A DNA stretch of 64,000 nucleotides, taken from Cesiribacteraceae bacterium YIM B00369. Its GTDB lineage: Bacteria; Bacteroidota; Bacteroidia; Cytophagales; Cyclobacteriaceae. The position numbers and the translations under genes are program-made. Position 1 is the first letter of the stretch, and the number at the start of each line of letters is the position of its first letter. Below the pieces are notes generated by a model. It did not search any database and was not told where the DNA came from. It worked only from the letters and a program-made list of their open reading frames with translations. Of the stretch, positions 60,601-64,000 are shown in pieces. Location of the stretch: the NCBI GenBank assembly GCA_017948555.1, contig JAFMYY010000022.1:43006-107005 (forward strand), given 5' to 3'.

Positions 60601-61230
60601 TTATAAGATATAAGGCTCAACAAGGTAACAGCGCTTATCCGGCTGGTACTCCAGCACCAGGGCTGTGTCGCCGTTTTTTACAGCAGTACCGGCTTTACTG
60701 CTGACCATTAATATAATGGGGGCACCATTACCTTTTTGCATTACCACTGCCTGCCCTATGCGCCCCTCCTGCAGATTGCTTTGCAGGGTGCATATTTTCC
60801 CTATTACACTATAGTTCTTTTCTTCCTCCATTTTATCGAAAAGTTTAACAAATGGAAGGGTGAGAAATTTGGCAGCCATCAAAGAAATGAAGAATCCTGC
60901 GCCCAGCGTCAGCAGGCCGGGCAGGAGGCTATAAATGCCCAGCAGGTCGTTTACCAGGATGCAGAAAAGCCAGAGCGGGAGCACCATGAAGGTAAGAAAT
61001 ACCATAAGCGGTATCCGGCCAAGGTTGAAAAAGCGCAATATATTATTTAGCCATTCAAGCCCGCCTTCCGGATGGCCGTCCATATCATGATCCAGGTCTA
61101 CATCCACATCGAACAGATCAAGATCAACAGCACCTATTAATACTGTGCACCAGTAGAGGATAATGGCTATGAGTAGTAAGGTGGGGATTATATTTGCCCC
61201 TGCAATGGCAAAATTCAACAATTCAATCAT
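60601..61230 (-). CDS. YqiJ/NfeD-like membrane protein (OB-fold C-terminus)
   Basis: 209 aa: TM helices, acidic DLDLFDVDVDLDHDMD linker, C-terminal NfeD-type OB fold; 41 bp upstream of the flotillin gene (yqiJK arrangement). Confidence 0.8.
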   Translation of the reverse strand: MIELLNFAIAGANIIPTLLLIAIILYWCTVLIGAVDLDLFDVDVDLDHDMDGHPEGGLEWLNNILRFFNLGRIPLMVFLTFMVLPLWLFCILVNDLLGIYSLLPGLLTLGAGFFISLMAAKFLTLPFVKLFDKMEEEKNYSVIGKICTLQSNLQEGRIGQAVVMQKGNGAPIILMVSSKAGTAVKNGDTALVLEYQPDKRCYLVEPYIL

Positions 61231-61401
61231 GAGTCAGGTGGTTATAATTATCGATTGAAATCTTTTCAGGCGGAGTCAGTTCCGGGAAAGGGACAGAGAC
61301 AGCACAACCCTTCCCGCATCCCGGAAACCAACCTTTTTTTACAATCCTCCTCCGGGGCTATGCGGATACTGGCATTAAATTATTCTGCCAGGCAGAGGGA
61401 A

Positions 61402-62127
61402 TTATTTACCTGCTTCGCTTCCACCTATTCCAAGCCGGGACTTCAGCGCTGCCAGCTCAGCGGATGTTTTAGATGAAGCAGAAGTGTTTTCCAGTACTTT
61501 ATCAATTTCCTGATCGATGCTGCGGCTTTCATTGGCAATTTCTCCGTAAGATTCTGCCAGCGCTTCCTGCTGCGCCACCTTGTCTTTCATACGCTCCAGC
61601 ATCGATACAGTACTGCTGCTGTCAATCTGGGCAAGCTGCTTATTCAGTCGCTGCGTGGCATCGCTCACCTTAACACGGGCCTTGAGGGTTTTAAGCTCAT
61701 TTTCCCATTTGCTGATGTTACTCTTAATGGTTTTAATATTCCCGTCAAGCTGCGACACGCTTTGCTCAAACTTCTCACGTTCCTCTTTTGCCCGTTGCGC
61801 CTGCTGTATACTATTTTCCTTTTTTAATAAAGCCTCACCGGCAAGGCGGTCGGCCTCCTCAGAGGCAACTTCTCCTGCCTGCGCTTTTTTCAAAAGCATT
61901 ACTGCCTTATGCTCATAATCACCTGCAATATTGGTATAAGTCTCGACATCATTCCTGGCGCGGATGGCAAGTGCTTTAACCTCTGCCAGCGCATGCAGGC
62001 TTTTATCCAGTTGTTCCTTCATATCGCGGATTCCCTGCTCTGTAAGCCTGATAGGATTCTCCAGCTGGTCTACAGCAGAATGTGCTTCTGACTGGCCGAT
62101 TTTAAAAAGTCTTGTGAAAATATTCAT
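61402..62127 (-). CDS. pspA: PspA/IM30 (phage-shock protein A, ESCRT-III-like)
   Basis: MNIFTRLFKIGQSEAHSAVDQLENP N-terminus and full-length coiled-coil pattern of PspA/Vipp1. The start is chosen at the internal Met matching the family N-terminus. Confidence 0.85.
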   Translation of the reverse strand: MNIFTRLFKIGQSEAHSAVDQLENPIRLTEQGIRDMKEQLDKSLHALAEVKALAIRARNDVETYTNIAGDYEHKAVMLLKKAQAGEVASEEADRLAGEALLKKENSIQQAQRAKEEREKFEQSVSQLDGNIKTIKSNISKWENELKTLKARVKVSDATQRLNKQLAQIDSSSTVSMLERMKDKVAQQEALAESYGEIANESRSIDQEIDKVLENTSASSKTSAELAALKSRLGIGGSEAGK

Positions 62128-62165
62128 GTTGATTAATTTTAAAGTGAACATTAAAGTTTAAACAC

Positions 62166-62182
62166 TGCTCATAAAATGAGCA
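62166..62182. promoter_or_regulatory. perfect palindrome TGCTCAT-AAA-ATGAGCA upstream of pspA
   Basis: 17-bp inverted repeat about 40-55 bp upstream of the pspA start codon (minus strand); candidate operator. Confidence 0.35.
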
Positions 62183-62284
62183 CCCGTTGAGAATGAAGGA
62201 TGTGCTTTATAGCAGCCATAATGTTAAACTTGCCTGGTTCTTCCTTTGACCGGCGCAACTTCTCCGGTCAGCATTATACCTGCC

Positions 62285-62680
62285 TTACTGGTGTGCAAAC
62301 CGCAGCAGCTCGTCGGAGTATTCGCTCAGCAAAAGCCCCAGAGCATTAAAGGTTCCCTCCATTTCGTTTAAATCGAGGTTTTCCAGCATCAGGGTATTCC
62401 TGAACAGCACTTTCGTTCCGGAATCATCCACCACGAACGCTCCTGCTATCATATCCCTGTTTTTCTGAAGCAGGCTTTTGTACAACTCTATGCTTTCCTG
62501 CCCTATTTCAAAGATAAACTGTTCAATAATCAGGATAGGGTCCGCACAGCCAATTACCAGGTTACGTATCCCCATCTCTTCATTATCCACCACAAACAGT
62601 CCGTCATCACCGTTCACATGCCGGATGGTACATCCCATTTCCAGCAAAAACTCTTTAACTTTATCAAAATAGCAGTTCAT
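62285..62680 (-). CDS. YbjN-domain protein
   Basis: 131 aa; KVKEFLLEMGCTI...ILIIEQFIF pattern consistent with the YbjN (T3SS-chaperone-like) fold. Confidence 0.65.
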   Translation of the reverse strand: MNCYFDKVKEFLLEMGCTIRHVNGDDGLFVVDNEEMGIRNLVIGCADPILIIEQFIFEIGQESIELYKSLLQKNRDMIAGAFVVDDSGTKVLFRNTLMLENLDLNEMEGTFNALGLLLSEYSDELLRFAHQ

Positions 62681-62827
62681 ATGGGCAAAAGTTATACTTT
62701 AGCAATCGGTTAATATCCAAATGTAAAAAATATTATCATTTGAATATTATGTTTTTTGTTATTCTTATATATTATGGCGGCTTTTTTATAGTTTTTGGCT
62801 TCATTCTCAATGGTGTTTACGTAAATA

Positions 62828-62837
62828 TATAAAAAAC
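62828..62837. promoter_or_regulatory. perfect 10-bp palindrome TTTACGTAAA in the divergent control region
   Basis: Lies between the divergent ybjN-like and XRE/S24 repressor genes, about 20-50 bp upstream of the repressor start. Confidence 0.35.
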
Positions 62838-62856
62838 AGTTGCTAAAAAAAATAGA

Positions 62857-63726
62857 ATGCTCAAAAAAAGAGCAAAAATTTTTCATATGTCTTTTATAGG
62901 AAAAAATATCAAAAAGATCAGGACTGTAAAAAAGCTCTCCCAGGCCCAGTTTGCAGAACTTTTCAACCTGGCAAGGCCAAGTGTGGGAGCGTATGAGGAA
63001 GGAAGGACAGAGCCTAAAATTGACACCATTATTGCCATGGCCAACCATTTTGGCCTTTCTATAGATGCGCTGCTACGAAAAGAGCTAACGGTAAATGAGC
63101 TTTACAGTCTCGACATACTTAAAGGAGAGTTTGACCCTACCCAACTGCCCCCTGCACTGGGCAAAAGCCAGAAACAATCCCTCACGCCTGTGCAGGAGCC
63201 TTTAAAATCACCGGCCACTGATACAGGCGTTCCATTGGTTACCCGCGATTTAAACCTGGAGTATATTGTAAACCTGGGTAATATGGATTTTATTGGCACA
63301 CTCCCTAAAATATTACTGCCCCACCAGTTAAAAAGCAACCAGCGGGCATTTGCCCACAGCGGGCAGGAGATGTACCACAATGAATGCGGAATACGCCAGG
63401 ATGATATTCTGCTGTGCAGCTTCCGGCAGAAGGACCAACCGGCAAAGCTAAAGAGCGGAAATGTGTATGTGGTGGTAACCCCGAGACGAATCGTTACCCG
63501 CAGGCTCGCCGGTGCCAGTAATAATAGCATTGAGCTGAAAGCTGACAATCCGGCTTTCGACAACACCAGCCTTCCGGCAGAGGAAATCCTGGAGATCTGG
63601 GAAGCCATCGGCTTCTGGAGCGAATACCTTGCCCCTCCCATGCACATGGAAAACCGTATGTTCCAGCTGGAAAACCGCATGCAGGAACTGGAGGAGAAGC
63701 TTCTTAAAATCAGCCGTGAGTTGTGA
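62857..63726 (+). CDS. XRE-family HTH repressor with LexA/cI-like S24 domain and C-terminal leucine-zipper-like tail
   Basis: HTH (GKNIKKIRTVKKLSQAQFAELFNLARPSVGAYEEGRTEPKIDTIIAMA). The C-terminal region aligns by eye with the LexA catalytic domain (GVPLVTRD..., DDILLCSFRQKDQPAKLKSGNVYVVVTPRRIVTRRL). The Ser of G-x-S-M appears replaced (SGQEM) and Lys by Arg (VTRRL). Final 30 aa is a heptad coiled coil (MFQLENRMQELEEKLLKI). Confidence 0.7.
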   Translation: MLKKRAKIFHMSFIGKNIKKIRTVKKLSQAQFAELFNLARPSVGAYEEGRTEPKIDTIIAMANHFGLSIDALLRKELTVNELYSLDILKGEFDPTQLPPALGKSQKQSLTPVQEPLKSPATDTGVPLVTRDLNLEYIVNLGNMDFIGTLPKILLPHQLKSNQRAFAHSGQEMYHNECGIRQDDILLCSFRQKDQPAKLKSGNVYVVVTPRRIVTRRLAGASNNSIELKADNPAFDNTSLPAEEILEIWEAIGFWSEYLAPPMHMENRMFQLENRMQELEEKLLKISREL

Positions 63727-63825
63727 CCAGTCCTGAGTAGTGAGTCGTGAGTCCTGAGGTGGAGGAAATTCAGAATGAGAGAATGCAGGAATGAACGAAT
63801 GACAGAAGCGGAGAGGGACAACAGT
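63725..63825. repeat. degenerate heptanucleotide tandem-repeat element (copy C)
   Basis: CCTGAGT AGTGAGT CGTGAGT CCTGAGG ... GAATGAGAGAATGCAGGAATGAACGAATGACAGAAG; shares GAGTAGTGAGT and AATGAATGACAGA with copy B. Confidence 0.6.
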
Positions 63826-64000
63826 GCAAAATATGCTCATAAAAGGGACAGGAACTATGGAGCTTTTCAACAGGCTGATTTTTCTTTCAGGCCCTGAACC
63901 ATACATCGTATTCAATAAACCTATTCCCAGATTCAGTCAGAATTCTGTAAATTACCAGATAATTAATTCAAGTTGCGAGAAACAAAAATAGCCTGTCCCT

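Noticed and set aside
61255-61476. 73-aa ORF in the pspA / yqiJ-like gap
   Set aside because: No motifs; it overlaps the pspA 3' end on the other strand. The gap does contain an imperfect hairpin (CGGGAAAGGG...CCCTTCCCG) but without a T-run on the relevant strand.
1-64000. tRNA, rRNA, integrase or transposase genes
   Set aside because: No T-loop-like GGTTCGAATCC-type motifs, rRNA-like stretches, or recombinase/transposase ORFs seen by eye. Structured RNAs cannot be excluded without covariance-model searches.

Overview
This window looks like a Bacteroidetes chromosomal segment. The evidence is a TTTG / TAnnTTTG-type promoter upstream of a type-B L31 gene, PorP/SprF-like and OmpA/TolB-like envelope genes, a PafA-like phosphatase and CHASE3/PAS sensor kinases. 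Most of the window is housekeeping or envelope metabolism: HAD hydrolase, ArsR, ZIP transporter, two-component proteins, YtrA-like ABC operon, YifB, GmhA, MsbA-like exporter, L31, holB, rimK, hemC, cyclophilin, def, ruvX, ctp, and a non-phosphorylative L-fucose catabolic cluster.

The most unusual content is a roughly 10.7 kb cluster on the minus strand at 52968-63726. Its genes, in order, are:
- a YbjN-like protein;
- PspA/IM30;
- a YqiJ/NfeD-like membrane protein;
- a YqiK-type flotillin (SPFH domain);
- a 3-TM mini-protein;
- a 1642-aa coiled-coil protein ending in a single MoxR/AAA_5-type ATPase domain.

The last two genes are translationally coupled (TGATG overlap). A YciE-like stress protein lies just downstream. 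A divergent XRE-HTH/S24(LexA/cI)-like repressor sits upstream; its S24 catalytic Ser and Lys appear to be replaced.

I propose this as a candidate undescribed membrane-remodelling or envelope-stress system, or possibly an abortive-infection-type system, built around an ESCRT-III-like protein (PspA), flotillin and a giant AAA+ ATPase.

A second accessory locus is a YwqA-type SNF2 helicase (SNF2_assoc N-terminal domain) followed by a cysteine-poor 587-aa unknown protein.

Three intergenic sites (9901-9978, 58250-58410, 63725-63825) carry related degenerate 7-bp tandem (heptad) repeat elements. Two of them flank the PspA/ATPase cluster.

No CRISPR array, integrase, transposase, tRNA or rRNA was recognisable by eye.
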